The notes beneath the pieces are model-generated. The model saw only the letters and a list, made by a program, of their open reading frames with translations, was not told the origin of the DNA and did no database searches. Positions 9,712 to 20,738 of a stretch of DNA of 64,000 nt are shown here, in pieces (positions within the stretch are counted from its first letter, which is position 1; every line of letters starts with the position of its first letter). Both the position numbers and the translations under genes were made by a program. The stretch is taken from the NCBI GenBank assembly GCA_046735395.1, contig JBJKQR010000084.1:10188-74187 (forward strand). The letters are read 5' to 3'. Source of the DNA: Fidelibacterota bacterium. GTDB taxonomy: Bacteria; Fidelibacterota; Fidelibacteria; Fidelibacterales; DSDE01.

Positions 9712-10191
9712 ATGGACAACATTGACCGTATTATCCTCAATCACCTTCAGCAGAACGGACGGGCCACCTACAATGAGCTGTCGGAAGATACGAAGCTGAC
9801 CATTCCGGCCGTCCGGGACCGTATTGTCAAATTAAAGGACCGGGGCTTCATCAAGCATTTCACAGCCATCCTGGACGGTAAGAAACTGGACCGGGATGTG
9901 ACGGCCTTCATTCACATCTACACCTTCAGTTCGAAAAACTTCAATGATATTCTGAATGAAGTGAAACATAATGAGGAAATTCTGGAATGTTATTCCATCA
10001 GCGGAGCCGGGACTTATATTCTGAAGATCCGGACGTTCAGCATGAGTACTCTGGAAAACCTGCTGAGAGAAATACAGAGCTGGCCCGGCGTAATGCGGAC
10101 GGAAAGCAACATTGTCCTGACGACATTCAAGGAATGTGCGTTTATAAATGCGGAGAAAGTAAATCCCAAAAAGGAAAAACAGGAGGAATGA
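9712..10191 (+). CDS. Lrp/AsnC family transcriptional regulator
   Basis: [20 protein letters not shown] start and ECYSISG..YILKI RAM domain. AAGGAG RBS precedes ATG 9712. Confidence 0.92.
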   Translation: MDNIDRIILNHLQQNGRATYNELSEDTKLTIPAVRDRIVKLKDRGFIKHFTAILDGKKLDRDVTAFIHIYTFSSKNFNDILNEVKHNEEILECYSISGAGTYILKIRTFSMSTLENLLREIQSWPGVMRTESNIVLTTFKECAFINAEKVNPKKEKQEE

Positions 10192-10195
10192 CGAG

Positions 10196-12304
10196 GTGGA
10201 AAAACGCTTCACGGTCACCGAAATTTTTGCCGAAAACGTTTTCAATGAAAATGTAATGAAGGAACGGCTTCCCAAGGTTGTCTACAGGAAGCTCAAGGAA
10301 GTGATTGACAATTCAAGTCCCCTGGACCCGGCCATTGCCGAGATCGTGGCCAATGCCATGAAGGACTGGGCCATTGAGCGGGGTGCCACCCATTACACGC
10401 ACTGGTTTCAGCCTCTTACCGGCATCACCGCCGAAAAGCATGACAGTTTCATCAGCCCCAGCAACGGCGGTACCATCATCATGGAATTTTCCGGAAAGGA
10501 ACTCATTCAGGGTGAACCGGATGCCTCCTCATTCCCGAGCGGCGGAATCCGAAGCACCTTCGAAGCCCGCGGCTACACTGCCTGGGACGCCACATCACCG
10601 GCATTCATCAAGGAAGACAAGCGCGGCGCCACCCTCTATATTCCCACCGCCTTCTATTCCTACACCGGAGAGGCCCTGGACAAGAAGACACCCCTTCTGC
10701 GTTCCAATGAAGCCATCGGACAGGCCTCCCTGCGGATTCTGAAACTTTTTGGAAACACGACGGTACATCGTGTGATTCCTTCGGTCGGCCCCGAACAGGA
10801 ATATTTCCTCATCGACAATAAATATATCAGCCGCCGATTGGATCTCCAGCTCACCGGCCGTACACTGTTCGGCAGCAAGGCTCCCAAAGGCCACGAACTG
10901 GATGACCATTATTTCGGATCCATCAAGGAACGAATCGCAAATTTCATGTCGGAACTGGATTTTGAGCTGTGGAAACTGGGCGTCAGCGCCAAAACCCGTC
11001 ATAACGAAGTGGCCCCGGCTCAGTACGAGCTGGCCTCCATTTATACGAATGTGAATGTGAGTACAGACCAGAATCAGGTCGTCATGGATACGATGAGAAA
11101 AATCGCCAAACGGCATGGGATGACCTGCCTACTGCATCCCAAACCCTTTGCCGGGATCAACGGCAGCGGCAAGCACAACAACTGGAGCCTGATGACCGAT
11201 GACGGCACGAATCTCCTGGATCCCGGCGTCACACCCGGTGACAATGCCCAGTTCCTGCTGTTCCTCATGGCTGTGGTGAAGGCTGTGGATGATTACGCGG
11301 ATCTGGTGCGTCTCGCGGCAGCCGATCCGGGAAACGATTATCGCCTCGGCGGAAACGAAGCCCCTCCGGCTATTATTTCCATCTATCTCGGCGAACAGCT
11401 AACCCAGATTCTGGAAAGTATTTCAAAAGGTGAAAAACACCGGGAAAAAGCGAACGGACACATCACCGTGGGCGTCACAACCCTGCCGCCCCTACCCCGA
11501 GACGCCACGGACCGGAACCGCACATCCCCTTTCGCCTTCACAGGAAATAAATTCGAATTCCGCATGGTAGGTTCCTCCTCCTCCCTGTCCCGGCCAAATA
11601 TGATCCTGAATACCATCGTTGCCGATACCCTGTCCGGCTTTGCCGAATTTCTGGAAAAAAGCGCCGATCTGAATTCGGGAATACAGCAGCTCATCGCAGA
11701 AACCTATAAAAAGCACAAACGGATTATTTTCAACGGTGACGGATATTCGGCAGACTGGACCCGCTTGGCTGAAGAACGTCAGCTGCCCATCCTTCGCACC
11801 ATGCCCGAAGCGCTGGACGCCTTCCTGGCTCAGAAGAATATTGATGTATTTGCCCGCAGCGCGGTGCTCAGCCTTTCTGAAATGCAGGCCCGTCATCAGG
11901 TTTTCATGGAAGTGTATATCAAACAGAACCTGATCGAAAGCAATACCATGATCTCCATGGCCTCCCGCCAGATCATCCCGGCCATCATTCGCTTCCAGAA
12001 GACTCTGGTTGACACCGTCCTGGGTTTCAAGGCAATAGAACTGGACGCAGCAGCTCAGACCAAACTTCTGGAAAGAATCAATGATCTGCTGAAGGAAATG
12101 ACAGCGTCGCTTGAAGACCTGACACGCATCACAGCCGAAATTGAAAAAACTCAGGAAAAGGCCGCAGATGCCATGGCCATGATCAAGAACAGAATGCTGC
12201 CCAAGATGCTGGAACTGAGACAGCGGGCCGACACACTCGAATCCCTGTGTGATGCGGAATACTGGCCTCTGCCCACCTACGCCGAAATGTTATTCGATTT
12301 TTAA
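10196..12304 (+). CDS. glnA: Glutamine synthetase type III
   Basis: [61 protein letters not shown]; 702 aa. Confidence 0.95.
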   Translation: MEKRFTVTEIFAENVFNENVMKERLPKVVYRKLKEVIDNSSPLDPAIAEIVANAMKDWAIERGATHYTHWFQPLTGITAEKHDSFISPSNGGTIIMEFSGKELIQGEPDASSFPSGGIRSTFEARGYTAWDATSPAFIKEDKRGATLYIPTAFYSYTGEALDKKTPLLRSNEAIGQASLRILKLFGNTTVHRVIPSVGPEQEYFLIDNKYISRRLDLQLTGRTLFGSKAPKGHELDDHYFGSIKERIANFMSELDFELWKLGVSAKTRHNEVAPAQYELASIYTNVNVSTDQNQVVMDTMRKIAKRHGMTCLLHPKPFAGINGSGKHNNWSLMTDDGTNLLDPGVTPGDNAQFLLFLMAVVKAVDDYADLVRLAAADPGNDYRLGGNEAPPAIISIYLGEQLTQILESISKGEKHREKANGHITVGVTTLPPLPRDATDRNRTSPFAFTGNKFEFRMVGSSSSLSRPNMILNTIVADTLSGFAEFLEKSADLNSGIQQLIAETYKKHKRIIFNGDGYSADWTRLAEERQLPILRTMPEALDAFLAQKNIDVFARSAVLSLSEMQARHQVFMEVYIKQNLIESNTMISMASRQIIPAIIRFQKTLVDTVLGFKAIELDAAAQTKLLERINDLLKEMTASLEDLTRITAEIEKTQEKAADAMAMIKNRMLPKMLELRQRADTLESLCDAEYWPLPTYAEMLFDF

Positions 12305-12346
12305 ATTGCCGATGTGAAAAAAGCTGGCTAAATTTGCCGCCGGCAA

Positions 12347-12417
12347 GCGGGTGTAGTTCAATGGCAGAACATTAGCTTCCCAAGCTAAATACGGGGGTCC
12401 GATTCCCCTCACCCGCT
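12347..12417 (+). tRNA. tRNA-Gly (anticodon CCC); CCA not encoded
   Basis: Acceptor stem GCGGGTG/CACCCGC, D arm GTTC..GAAC, anticodon arm TTAGC-TTCCCAA-GCTAA, T arm GGGGG-TCCGATT-CCCCT. Confidence 0.93.
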
Positions 12418-12485
12418 CTCGATTCCCATCCTGTCGCCCATGATCCAATAATGCACTCATCCCGATCCGAATTTTTATGATCAAT

Positions 12486-12513
12486 AAAAAACGGCCCTCC
12501 GGAGAGGGCCGTT
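12486..12513 (-). terminator. Intrinsic terminator of the 1169-aa gene
   Basis: AACGGCCCTC-CGGA-GAGGGCCGTT hairpin followed by a T-run on the minus strand. Confidence 0.8.
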
Positions 12514-12542
12514 CCATGTTCACAATTATGCAGCCGAACAAA

Positions 12543-15500
12543 TCAGCGCATGAGCACCATTTTGTTCATCATGATTTTCTGTCCGGCAGTGAGTTTATAG
12601 AAATAGACTCCTGAACTCACCTGACGCGAGGCCGCATCACGGCCATTCCAGATGTAGCTGTAGTTACCCGCATCCAGATTGTCATGTACCAGGGTCGTTA
12701 CCACGTTTCCGAGCGCATTATAGATAACAAGGTTTACCGAACTGGCTTCAGGCAGGCTGAAACCGATAGTTGTGGTTGGGTTGAAGGGATTGGGGAAATT
12801 CTGTTTCAGCGCATATTCGGTAGGAATCGTGCTGTTGTCAAGCCCTGTAACCGTATTGACGGAAACCAGCGCCGGATCGGAATGATTTTCCGAAAAATCA
12901 CTGGCAATAATCTGGTAATCCTGGATTCCGGTCAGTCCCTGGGTATTATCCAGATATTCCGTTTCAGTCGTATTGGCCAGAAATTCGAAGGTTCCGTCAC
13001 TGGCTTTCCGGTTGATGGTGTAATATTTGACAGGTTCCACATTATCACCGCTCCAGCTCAGAAGAATACCGTCAGCGCCGGAAGAACCCTTGGCCTTTCC
13101 GGGTACGGAAGGCGGCAGATTATCAATGGCCTGGCCTTCCACCTCACCGGAATAATAGATACCTCCGCACCAGCCAACCGCCACAACCTGGAACCGTAAC
13201 AGGTCATTGGTTCCCACATTGGCCTCATAATGATACATCTGCTGATCTTCAGAGAATGCATCCGGCATCACCGTCTCGCCTGTGCGCCAGAAGGGATCAC
13301 TGGGGGTTTTCCACGATACAAGATAGTTCTGGATACCGCAGTTGCTGTTGGTCATGGGCGCCCAGTCGACCCAGACTGCGCCGCCATGATCCGCACCGCC
13401 GTGTTCCGCATCCTTGTCATAGACAGCCTGGATGGAGAATCCGAAATTATAATTTTCCGGCCACAGCGCAATATCATAGATACGGTTTTCCGTGAAATAA
13501 TCATAGTTCCAATACCCGTAGAAACCCGGGGCCTCGCAGTAGATATCATAACTGTCACGCAGAATATTCAGGCTGTAGTTCCCTCCGTCATGAGAGTTGG
13601 TATAGGCCAGATAATCCCATGTTTCGAACATGATGAAGGCGCCATCGACTCCGCCCTGATTGCTGTCATCACGAACCATACCCGTTATAGTAACCAGGCT
13701 GTCCGGATTTTCCAGCGGCATCAGCGTCAGATCGATGGTGAGACTGCCGTCCACCGTGTAATATTCATCGGCTTTGTAATAGCCGTTCGAACCGGCAGTC
13801 AGCTCATAATCGCCCGGATCCAGATACAGTTCATAATATCCGGTATCGCTGGTGAAGGAGATATAGCCCTGATCATAACTCCAGTTATAGGCCTGAACCA
13901 GGGCGCCGGGAATGGGATTTCCCATATCATCCATCACAATTCCGTGAATCATATTCCGGTCATCCTTGCCGAAAAAGAAATCCAGCACCGGATTCGTGCT
14001 ATACTGGTCCACATTTACCCACTTTGAAGCGGGAGCTGAACTGCCGTCATTCGGATAGACAGTCAGGTTATAGCCGCCGAAGGGCACATCCCGGAATTCA
14101 TAGGAACCGTCGGTCTTTGTATTTCCCATCTTGTAGATGTAGGTCCCGTCCCAGGCATAGCCTTCCAGTTCCGTCTGCAGTCCGGAAAGAGGATTGCTGT
14201 CCTTATCCCAGACATGGCCGGACACGCTTCCCTTGGTAACGGGTTTCTTGATGGCCAGATTCTTTTCAAATTCACCGCCGGCCAGGATACCCAGATCTTC
14301 CGTATAGGCCGGAAACATGTACATATCCGGGAAAAAGACTTCCAGCTGATAGTGCATACCGCTGACCAGATTCAGGTCATAATGTCCAAATTCATCCGTA
14401 TTTGCACCATTATCGAAATATCCTCCCATGCCTTTGGTGTAAATCATGGAATCCTGGGGCGTAAAGGCGTGGATATAGACATTCGGCAGCGGCTGCCCCG
14501 TATTCGCGTCCGTAACCACTCCGTAAATATGAACATCCGTTTCCACAACCACAAAGTTCACATCATTATCACCGCTGTTATAGGGCGGTTCTTTCAGGCG
14601 CTGAATCATCTGAGGGCCATTGCCCCATACATCCACCCAGTAACCGCCTTCCATCCAGCAGCCGTAGTCGTCGCAAACCTGATGTGTGTCCAGCGCGCTG
14701 GCGACGGGAAGCATGTAATTTCCCATTTCATCCGTAAATGCCTGGCTCCATAAGGAACCGCTCTCCGCCCATGATTCGCCATGAACTTCATAACCAGGCA
14801 GGCCCGTACCGATCATATCCGATACATTTCCGGAAATCTGTCCATCGCAGGCCATCGTCACCATATTCACCGTCGTATCCGCATCCTCCCATAAATCAAT
14901 CTCAGTCCCATAGGGAACCAGATAATTCGGAAGAAGGTCATTCTCATTCACATTCAGATACCAGTATCCCGTGGTGATCTGAAAAGTGTAGTATCCCGAT
15001 CCATCGGTGGTCGCACTCAGCGACGTCATATTCCCATCGAGATGCATCGTCACCCCGCTGATCGGGTTATTGTTTTCATCGGTCAGTGTTCCCGAAACCG
15101 AAGACAGACCCGGCATAAGCGTGAAATTTGTCGACGGCGGATCATCCGAAGGCTGTACCTCCTGATAGGACGGATCTGCAAACAGTCCGGGATAATTCTC
15201 CAGAACGTCAATCACACTGACCTGAAAATAATCATAGGCGTAGGTCGTATCCACATGAAACGTGTAATATCCGTCCGCGTCGGTAAAAGCTGCATAGGCA
15301 ATCTGATTCATGCCATCAGGGCCACCCATTCCCATCGTATCTGTATAGGAGGATGTAAATCCCAGGACCAGAACCTGTGCTCCCTGGCCATCACTCGTTG
15401 ATACCCTACCGTACATTGCGTAGTTAGATGTGGACGGAGAAGACATGGCCACCGCCATTCCCGTATCTCCGGTGGTCAGATCGGTTCCCACTACGTAAAT

Positions 15501-16052
15501 AATACAATTTTCAATACCGAAAAACGGGCCGTCCATCATCATATTGGAGGGAAAGGAAATTTCAAAAATTCCGGGATCCGGATTCATGTCAGGATCCATA
15601 TTATCCGCCGCAATGACCGGGTTGCCCGGATCTCCCATCAGAAAATCCGTTCCGGGATCAAAGATGCTGTCACCGTTATCGACATAAAATTCAAGTTCCA
15701 CTTTTCCGCTGGTCAGGATCGTGAAATCGATCATATCACCCACATTATAGTGCAGGGTATCCTGGCCGCCGAACTGCATCACCAGCGTTCCTTTTGATGC
15801 ATTCAGCTTTGTTGCCTTCTGATGAGACAGCATCAGATGTGAAACCCGCGAGTCCCTTTTCACCGGCGGCAGCGGCCGAAGGGTTTCATGCGTCCGCGGT
15901 GTATCTGCCGTTTTTACCGAAGTTTCCGGCTGAACCATCGTTTTGAGTATTCTGGCTTTTGTCACAGCGCGACTCGCATCCCGGGTATATTCACCGTACA
16001 GAGCCGAGAAAACAAAAGTCAAAAAAATGAATGACAATACTGCTTTTTTCAT
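12543..16052 (-). CDS. Large secreted protein with repeated carboxypeptidase-regulatory-like beta-sandwich domains and a T9SS type A/FlgD-Ig C-terminal domain
   Basis: Signal peptide; several SG.V.D..G.P...V...TD..G.Y repeats; FN3-like segment; C-terminal YALKQNFPNPFNPTTTI...WNGRD...VSSGVYFY...KMVLMR. Confidence 0.85.
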   Translation of the reverse strand: MKKAVLSFIFLTFVFSALYGEYTRDASRAVTKARILKTMVQPETSVKTADTPRTHETLRPLPPVKRDSRVSHLMLSHQKATKLNASKGTLVMQFGGQDTLHYNVGDMIDFTILTSGKVELEFYVDNGDSIFDPGTDFLMGDPGNPVIAADNMDPDMNPDPGIFEISFPSNMMMDGPFFGIENCIIYVVGTDLTTGDTGMAVAMSSPSTSNYAMYGRVSTSDGQGAQVLVLGFTSSYTDTMGMGGPDGMNQIAYAAFTDADGYYTFHVDTTYAYDYFQVSVIDVLENYPGLFADPSYQEVQPSDDPPSTNFTLMPGLSSVSGTLTDENNNPISGVTMHLDGNMTSLSATTDGSGYYTFQITTGYWYLNVNENDLLPNYLVPYGTEIDLWEDADTTVNMVTMACDGQISGNVSDMIGTGLPGYEVHGESWAESGSLWSQAFTDEMGNYMLPVASALDTHQVCDDYGCWMEGGYWVDVWGNGPQMIQRLKEPPYNSGDNDVNFVVVETDVHIYGVVTDANTGQPLPNVYIHAFTPQDSMIYTKGMGGYFDNGANTDEFGHYDLNLVSGMHYQLEVFFPDMYMFPAYTEDLGILAGGEFEKNLAIKKPVTKGSVSGHVWDKDSNPLSGLQTELEGYAWDGTYIYKMGNTKTDGSYEFRDVPFGGYNLTVYPNDGSSAPASKWVNVDQYSTNPVLDFFFGKDDRNMIHGIVMDDMGNPIPGALVQAYNWSYDQGYISFTSDTGYYELYLDPGDYELTAGSNGYYKADEYYTVDGSLTIDLTLMPLENPDSLVTITGMVRDDSNQGGVDGAFIMFETWDYLAYTNSHDGGNYSLNILRDSYDIYCEAPGFYGYWNYDYFTENRIYDIALWPENYNFGFSIQAVYDKDAEHGGADHGGAVWVDWAPMTNSNCGIQNYLVSWKTPSDPFWRTGETVMPDAFSEDQQMYHYEANVGTNDLLRFQVVAVGWCGGIYYSGEVEGQAIDNLPPSVPGKAKGSSGADGILLSWSGDNVEPVKYYTINRKASDGTFEFLANTTETEYLDNTQGLTGIQDYQIIASDFSENHSDPALVSVNTVTGLDNSTIPTEYALKQNFPNPFNPTTTIGFSLPEASSVNLVIYNALGNVVTTLVHDNLDAGNYSYIWNGRDAASRQVSSGVYFYKLTAGQKIMMNKMVLMR

Positions 16053-16108
16053 ACAACTCTCCTAACCTGTTTATTTTTTTATTCTGTCCTTCTCATCATT
16101 CTGCAAAC

Positions 16109-16137
16109 AATCTATTGCTATTCCTCTGCCATGTCAA
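16109..16137 (-). promoter_or_regulatory. Sigma70-type promoter of the 1169-aa gene
   Basis: Minus strand TTGACA-N17-TAGATT, about 57 bp upstream of the start codon. Confidence 0.65.
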
Positions 16138-16200
16138 TACATCAGGGACAAGATGTGACGCAGGACAAACGGAAACCAGATGTAAATCACGTGAAAGCAG

Positions 16201-17475
16201 TTAGGCGAGATACTCCCGGGCTGTTTTTTCACCTTCTTCGATATTGACACGATTCAGGAAAAACAAGCCGAGAATAAAGAGAATGAGTACGGACAGAATT
16301 CCGGTGCGGCTGTTCTTTGTCACCAGAGTAATCGTCCCCATGAGAATAGGGCCGAATACAACGGAGAATTTACCGAGCATATTGTAGAAGCCGAAAAATT
16401 CCGCCGCCTTGTCACGTGGAATAATCCGGGTATAGAGGCTCCGGCTGAGGGCCTGGATACCGCCCTGAAAGAGGCCGATACAGATGGCCAGCGCGTAGAA
16501 ATGCCATTCCTGATTCATCAGATAACCCAGGATGGTAATGATGCTATACGCGACAATGGATACCATGATGGCTTTTTTTGTTCCGATTTTCGCAGCGAAC
16601 CAGGCATAGAAAAGGGTTCCCGGCCAGGCAATGAACTGGGTGATGAGCAGGGCAGTGATCAATACGGAAGAGGCGAATCCCAGCGTGGCACCGTAATCCA
16701 CAGCCATACGGATAATCGTGTCCACACCATCCATATAGAACCAGTAGGCCAGCAGAAAAAGTCCCACGATCTTCAGATAACGGATTTCGCGAAGCGTGGA
16801 GAGCAGCTGCTTCCATCCCATGGCAAATGCTTCGCCGATTCCTGTGTTTTCATGAATCTTGGGTTCTTTCACAAATAACAGAATCGGAATGGAAAACACA
16901 GCCCACCAGACAGCCACGCTCAGGAAGGACAGCTTGATGGCCTGCGCCCCGTCCGCGATTCCGAACAGGCCGGGCTTCAGATACATGACCACATTGACGA
17001 GAAAAAGCAGGCCGCCCCCGATATATCCCATGGCAAATCCGAGGGATGAGACATAATCCGTTTTTTCCTCCGGCGCGACGGCGGGCAGCAGAGAATCATA
17101 AAAAATATTTCCTCCGGAAAATCCGATAGTGCCCACCACGTAAAAGAGTACAGCCATGGGCCAGTTTCCCTGCGCAACCATCCAGAGAGCTCCCGTACTG
17201 ATGATGCCCAGAAATGCGAAAAGCATGAGAAATTTCTTCTTGGCGCTGCCCCGGTCCGCCACTGCCCCCAGAAAAGGCGCCATCATGGCCACGATGATCG
17301 AAGCCAGCGAATTGGCAAGTCCCAGGTAAAAAGTGCTTCGTTCCGGTGCGGACGGATCAGACCAGTATGCCTTGAAGAATAAGGGAAAGAATCCGGCCAT
17401 AACCGTCGTTGCGAATGCTGAATTCGCCCAGTCGTAGAGTGCCCACGAGCGTACAGTCTTTTTGTCATAGATCAT
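16201..17475 (-). CDS. MFS transporter, UMF1/Atg22-like family
   Basis: WALYDWANSAF, NIFYDSLLP, QALSRS, EFFGFY motifs; about 12 hydrophobic segments. Confidence 0.9.
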   Translation of the reverse strand: MIYDKKTVRSWALYDWANSAFATTVMAGFFPLFFKAYWSDPSAPERSTFYLGLANSLASIIVAMMAPFLGAVADRGSAKKKFLMLFAFLGIISTGALWMVAQGNWPMAVLFYVVGTIGFSGGNIFYDSLLPAVAPEEKTDYVSSLGFAMGYIGGGLLFLVNVVMYLKPGLFGIADGAQAIKLSFLSVAVWWAVFSIPILLFVKEPKIHENTGIGEAFAMGWKQLLSTLREIRYLKIVGLFLLAYWFYMDGVDTIIRMAVDYGATLGFASSVLITALLITQFIAWPGTLFYAWFAAKIGTKKAIMVSIVAYSIITILGYLMNQEWHFYALAICIGLFQGGIQALSRSLYTRIIPRDKAAEFFGFYNMLGKFSVVFGPILMGTITLVTKNSRTGILSVLILFILGLFFLNRVNIEEGEKTAREYLA

Positions 17476-17734
17476 AAATTTCTCCTTCGCCGTCGTGTGA
17501 AACGGCCACTTGAGGTTCCCGGCACTGTGCCATACTTATTCATTTGCGGAAATTTACTTGAAACACAGCCCTGAAGGAAATGAAATTTTTTTCGGGAGTG
17601 ATTCCGTCGTTGCCATGGTTGCCTTTAAAAAGAGGGTCGCAGTGTCAGTTCATCACATAAATTAAATGGACAGTTTCCATTTCGGACCGAATACTGTATA
17701 TTCCCCAAACATTTTATTCAGGAAGGACAGATCA

Positions 17735-18988
17735 ATGCATACTCTGGCACACCATTCACGCAACACGGCCTGGATCATTCTGATACTGGCAGCCCTGATT
17801 CTGGGCACCAGCAGTCTCAGCGCCGCTCAGAAGGGCAGTTTCTTCAGCCGGATATTCCGGAAGACTCCGGAAGTCGAGCTGACTCACACATTGAAAAAGG
17901 CCAGAAAGGACAAAGCATGGCCGGGTGCCGTCCTGCTGGCGGGAACCAAAGATTCAGTTCTGTTTGTCATCCCCGAAGGATATGAGACCTATTCAGAAAA
18001 AAACAAGGTCCGCAGTGATGCCATGTTCGATATGGCCAGCATTACCAAGGTTATCTCCACCACGTCGGCAGTCATGAAGCTGTACGATGAGGGAAAAATC
18101 AATCTGGACGCCAAGGTTCAGGAATTCATCCCTCAGTTTACGGGCCCGGATTCACAGTCTACAGAATGGAAAAAGGACATTACTATTCGAAATCTGCTGA
18201 CCCACACCGCCGGATTACCGCCGTTCCGTCCCTTCTGGAAATATCCCGGAGGGATTGAAGGAAGGTTGGACAGTGTATACGCCACCGCTCTCGACACCGC
18301 ACCGGGTGTTCGGTATGTTTATTCCGATATCAGCATGATTCTCATGGCAAAAATCGTGGAAAAGATCGCCGGTGAACCGATTGATGTCTTCAACCAGAAA
18401 AATATCTTTGGGCCGCTTGGAATGACATCCACCTGCTTCAATCCGGACAGCAGTGAATTTTACCGCATTATGCCTACGGAATATTCAGTACTGGAAAAAG
18501 GCTTCATCCGCGGTCACGTACATGATGAAAATGCCTACGGATTCGGAGGAGTTGCCGGGCACGCAGGCCTTTTTTCCACCGTGGAGGATCTGGGCAAATA
18601 TAGCCGGATGATGCTCCGGAATGGCGTTATGGATAACGGTGAACGACTCTACAGTTCAGCTGTGATCGATACCTTCCGGCATCGGGCGAATATCATTCCC
18701 AACAATAGTCGCTGCCTTGGTTGGGACAGTCCAGGTGGCCCCGCGTCGGGAGGTGTATACATCAGCAATAACAGCATCGGACACACCGGATTTACCGGAA
18801 CCTCGCTGTGGATCGATTATGACAATGGCTTATATGTCATTCTGCTGACCAATGCCGTCCATCCGGATCGCAAATACAAATCGCCGAACTATTTCGACTG
18901 GCGCCAGAAGGTCCACTCTACCGTTTACGAAGTCCTGGGCCTCGATAAACGGAATCCGGATCTGCAGTGGCGTCGCCGCTGGCGCTGA
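17735..18988 (+). CDS. Secreted serine hydrolase, beta-lactamase class C-like family
   Basis: SITK (SxxK), LLTHTAG, YSD, GHVHDENA, GHAGLFS, GHTGFTGTS; signal peptide. Start placed at ATG 17735 after GGAAGG. Confidence 0.88.
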   Translation: MHTLAHHSRNTAWIILILAALILGTSSLSAAQKGSFFSRIFRKTPEVELTHTLKKARKDKAWPGAVLLAGTKDSVLFVIPEGYETYSEKNKVRSDAMFDMASITKVISTTSAVMKLYDEGKINLDAKVQEFIPQFTGPDSQSTEWKKDITIRNLLTHTAGLPPFRPFWKYPGGIEGRLDSVYATALDTAPGVRYVYSDISMILMAKIVEKIAGEPIDVFNQKNIFGPLGMTSTCFNPDSSEFYRIMPTEYSVLEKGFIRGHVHDENAYGFGGVAGHAGLFSTVEDLGKYSRMMLRNGVMDNGERLYSSAVIDTFRHRANIIPNNSRCLGWDSPGGPASGGVYISNNSIGHTGFTGTSLWIDYDNGLYVILLTNAVHPDRKYKSPNYFDWRQKVHSTVYEVLGLDKRNPDLQWRRRWR

Positions 18989-19016
18989 GCGCAGAACTGA
19001 TTTTTTGTGGTTATGC

Positions 19017-19047
19017 AAAACGGCGGACTTCAGAGCCCGCCGTTTTT
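19017..19047. terminator. Bidirectional intrinsic terminator between the serine hydrolase and metK
   Basis: AAAACGGCGG-N10-CCGCCGTTTT between convergent genes. Confidence 0.8.
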
Positions 19048-19076
19048 ATTATGACAGTATTTTTTGTTCTGGTGGA

Positions 19077-20240
19077 CTAACTGAGCAGTGTTTTCAGCTC
19101 TCCGGCTTTATCAGTCTTTTCCCAGCTGAATTCATTGCGGCCGAAGTGCCCGTAGTTGGCCGTACGCCGGAATATGGGCTTTTTCAGATCCAGTGACCGG
19201 ACAATGCCGGCAGGTGTCAGATCAAAAATATCCCGCACGGCAGTAGTGATTTTGGCCAGATCCGCTTTTTCGGTACCGAAACCATCGATCATCACTGAAA
19301 CAGGGTGCGGCACACCGATTGCGTAGGCCAGCTGAACCTCGCAGCGGTCACAGAGTTCTGCAGCCACAATATTCTTGGCAATGTAGCGGGCCATATAGGC
19401 AGCAGAGCGATCAACCTTTGACGGATCCTTTCCGCTGAATGCGCCGCCACCATGACGTCCCATACCGCCATAGGTGTCCACAATGATCTTCCGTCCCGTG
19501 AGCCCGCTGTCTCCATGAGGACCTCCGATCACAAAACGACCGGTTGGGTTCACGAAATACACGGTTTTTTCATCCAGCAATCCACTGGGCTCCAGCACCG
19601 GTTTGATAATCTTCTCAATAATCGTTTCCCGCAATTCATCATAGGAAATATTATCATCATGCTGGTGAGAGACCACCACCGTATCAATCCGTTTTGCAGT
19701 ATGCCCGTCATATTCGATGGTCACCTGGGATTTGCTGTCCGGACGAAGCCAGGTAATATCACCATTTTTCCGCAGAACCGCCGCATCGGCAAGGATCTTA
19801 TGGGCAAAGGCAATGGGAGCGGGCATGAGTTCCTCGGTTTCACGACAGGCAAAGCCGAACATCATTCCCTGATCTCCAGCCCCCTGCTGTTCCTTGAACA
19901 GTCCCTTGCCGCTCACACCCTGAGAAATATCGGGTGATTGGGAATGGATCGTATTCAAAACTGCCATTGATGAATAATCCAGACCGTATTCGGGTCTGTC
20001 ATAACCAATTTTTTTCACGACTCCGCGGGCAACGTCCTGAATATCCACGTAGGTATTCGTTGTAATCTCTCCGCCAACGAGGACCATGCCGGTCGTTGTA
20101 AAGCATTCGCAGGCAACCCTCGATTCAGGATCATCCGCCAGGCAGGCATCCAGCACTGCGTCGGAAATCTGGTCACAGATCTTATCCGGATGTCCCTCAC
20201 TGACAGATTCAGAGGTAAACAGATATTTTTCTTCCTTCAT
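19077..20240 (-). CDS. metK: S-adenosylmethionine synthetase
   Basis: [28 protein letters not shown]. Start placed at MKEEKY. Confidence 0.97.
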   Translation of the reverse strand: MKEEKYLFTSESVSEGHPDKICDQISDAVLDACLADDPESRVACECFTTTGMVLVGGEITTNTYVDIQDVARGVVKKIGYDRPEYGLDYSSMAVLNTIHSQSPDISQGVSGKGLFKEQQGAGDQGMMFGFACRETEELMPAPIAFAHKILADAAVLRKNGDITWLRPDSKSQVTIEYDGHTAKRIDTVVVSHQHDDNISYDELRETIIEKIIKPVLEPSGLLDEKTVYFVNPTGRFVIGGPHGDSGLTGRKIIVDTYGGMGRHGGGAFSGKDPSKVDRSAAYMARYIAKNIVAAELCDRCEVQLAYAIGVPHPVSVMIDGFGTEKADLAKITTAVRDIFDLTPAGIVRSLDLKKPIFRRTANYGHFGRNEFSWEKTDKAGELKTLLS

Positions 20241-20556
20241 CTTTTCTCTTTCTTTTTCACAGCTGAAAATTAGCGTTTTTTTCCCAATAATCAAAGCCCC
20301 GCCTTTCATTAAGAAAGACCGCCGAGAATCCGGATCAGCCCGCTCATCAAAGTCTCTCCCGCAGCTAATCTGCTATATGACGATTCATAAATAGATATAA
20401 ATCGGATGCAATCGAGTTCGATTCCTCCATACACTCGGAATGTGAAACATATTAAAACGGCTGTTCCTGCGAATATTCATGAAATAACACACATAATTAA
20501 CTATTTGTTATAACATCTGTTACTCCGGATAATCTTGCTGAATTAACAGAAATGGG

Positions 20557-20637
20557 CAATGATTTCCATTTTATTATTGATAATAATTACTATTTGTAAT
20601 AAAAACTATTGAAAGCAGATTTCTTTGGCCGTATATT
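20557..20637 (+). promoter_or_regulatory. sodB promoter with upstream Fur/PerR-like boxes
   Basis: TTGAAA(20609)-N17-TATATT(20632). Upstream are a 7-1-7-like TGATAAT-A-ATTACTA (20578-20592) and GCAATGATTTCCATT. Confidence 0.5.
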
Positions 20638-20738
20638 GTAACTAAGATGAAAAAGAATAGGAACAGAATAGTGCGAAGGAACAGGATGAGGCAATCCGTT
20701 CTCCGCACCTTTCCGACAACAATCAAAGGAGGCAAATC

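Noticed and set aside
12347..16200. tRNA-Gly as the integration site of an island
   Set aside because: No integrase gene and no duplicated tRNA 3' end were seen in the window.
17735..18988. Serine hydrolase as a beta-lactam resistance gene
   Set aside because: Its motifs (GHVHDENA, GHAGLFS, GHTG) fit the broad esterase/amidase subfamily. Nothing specific supports AmpC activity.
20241..20480. Possible SAM riboswitch upstream of metK
   Set aside because: I could not find the SAM-I core elements (ATC..GAG, GCAACC, GTGC) or other SAM riboswitch consensus on the minus strand. An Rfam scan would settle it.
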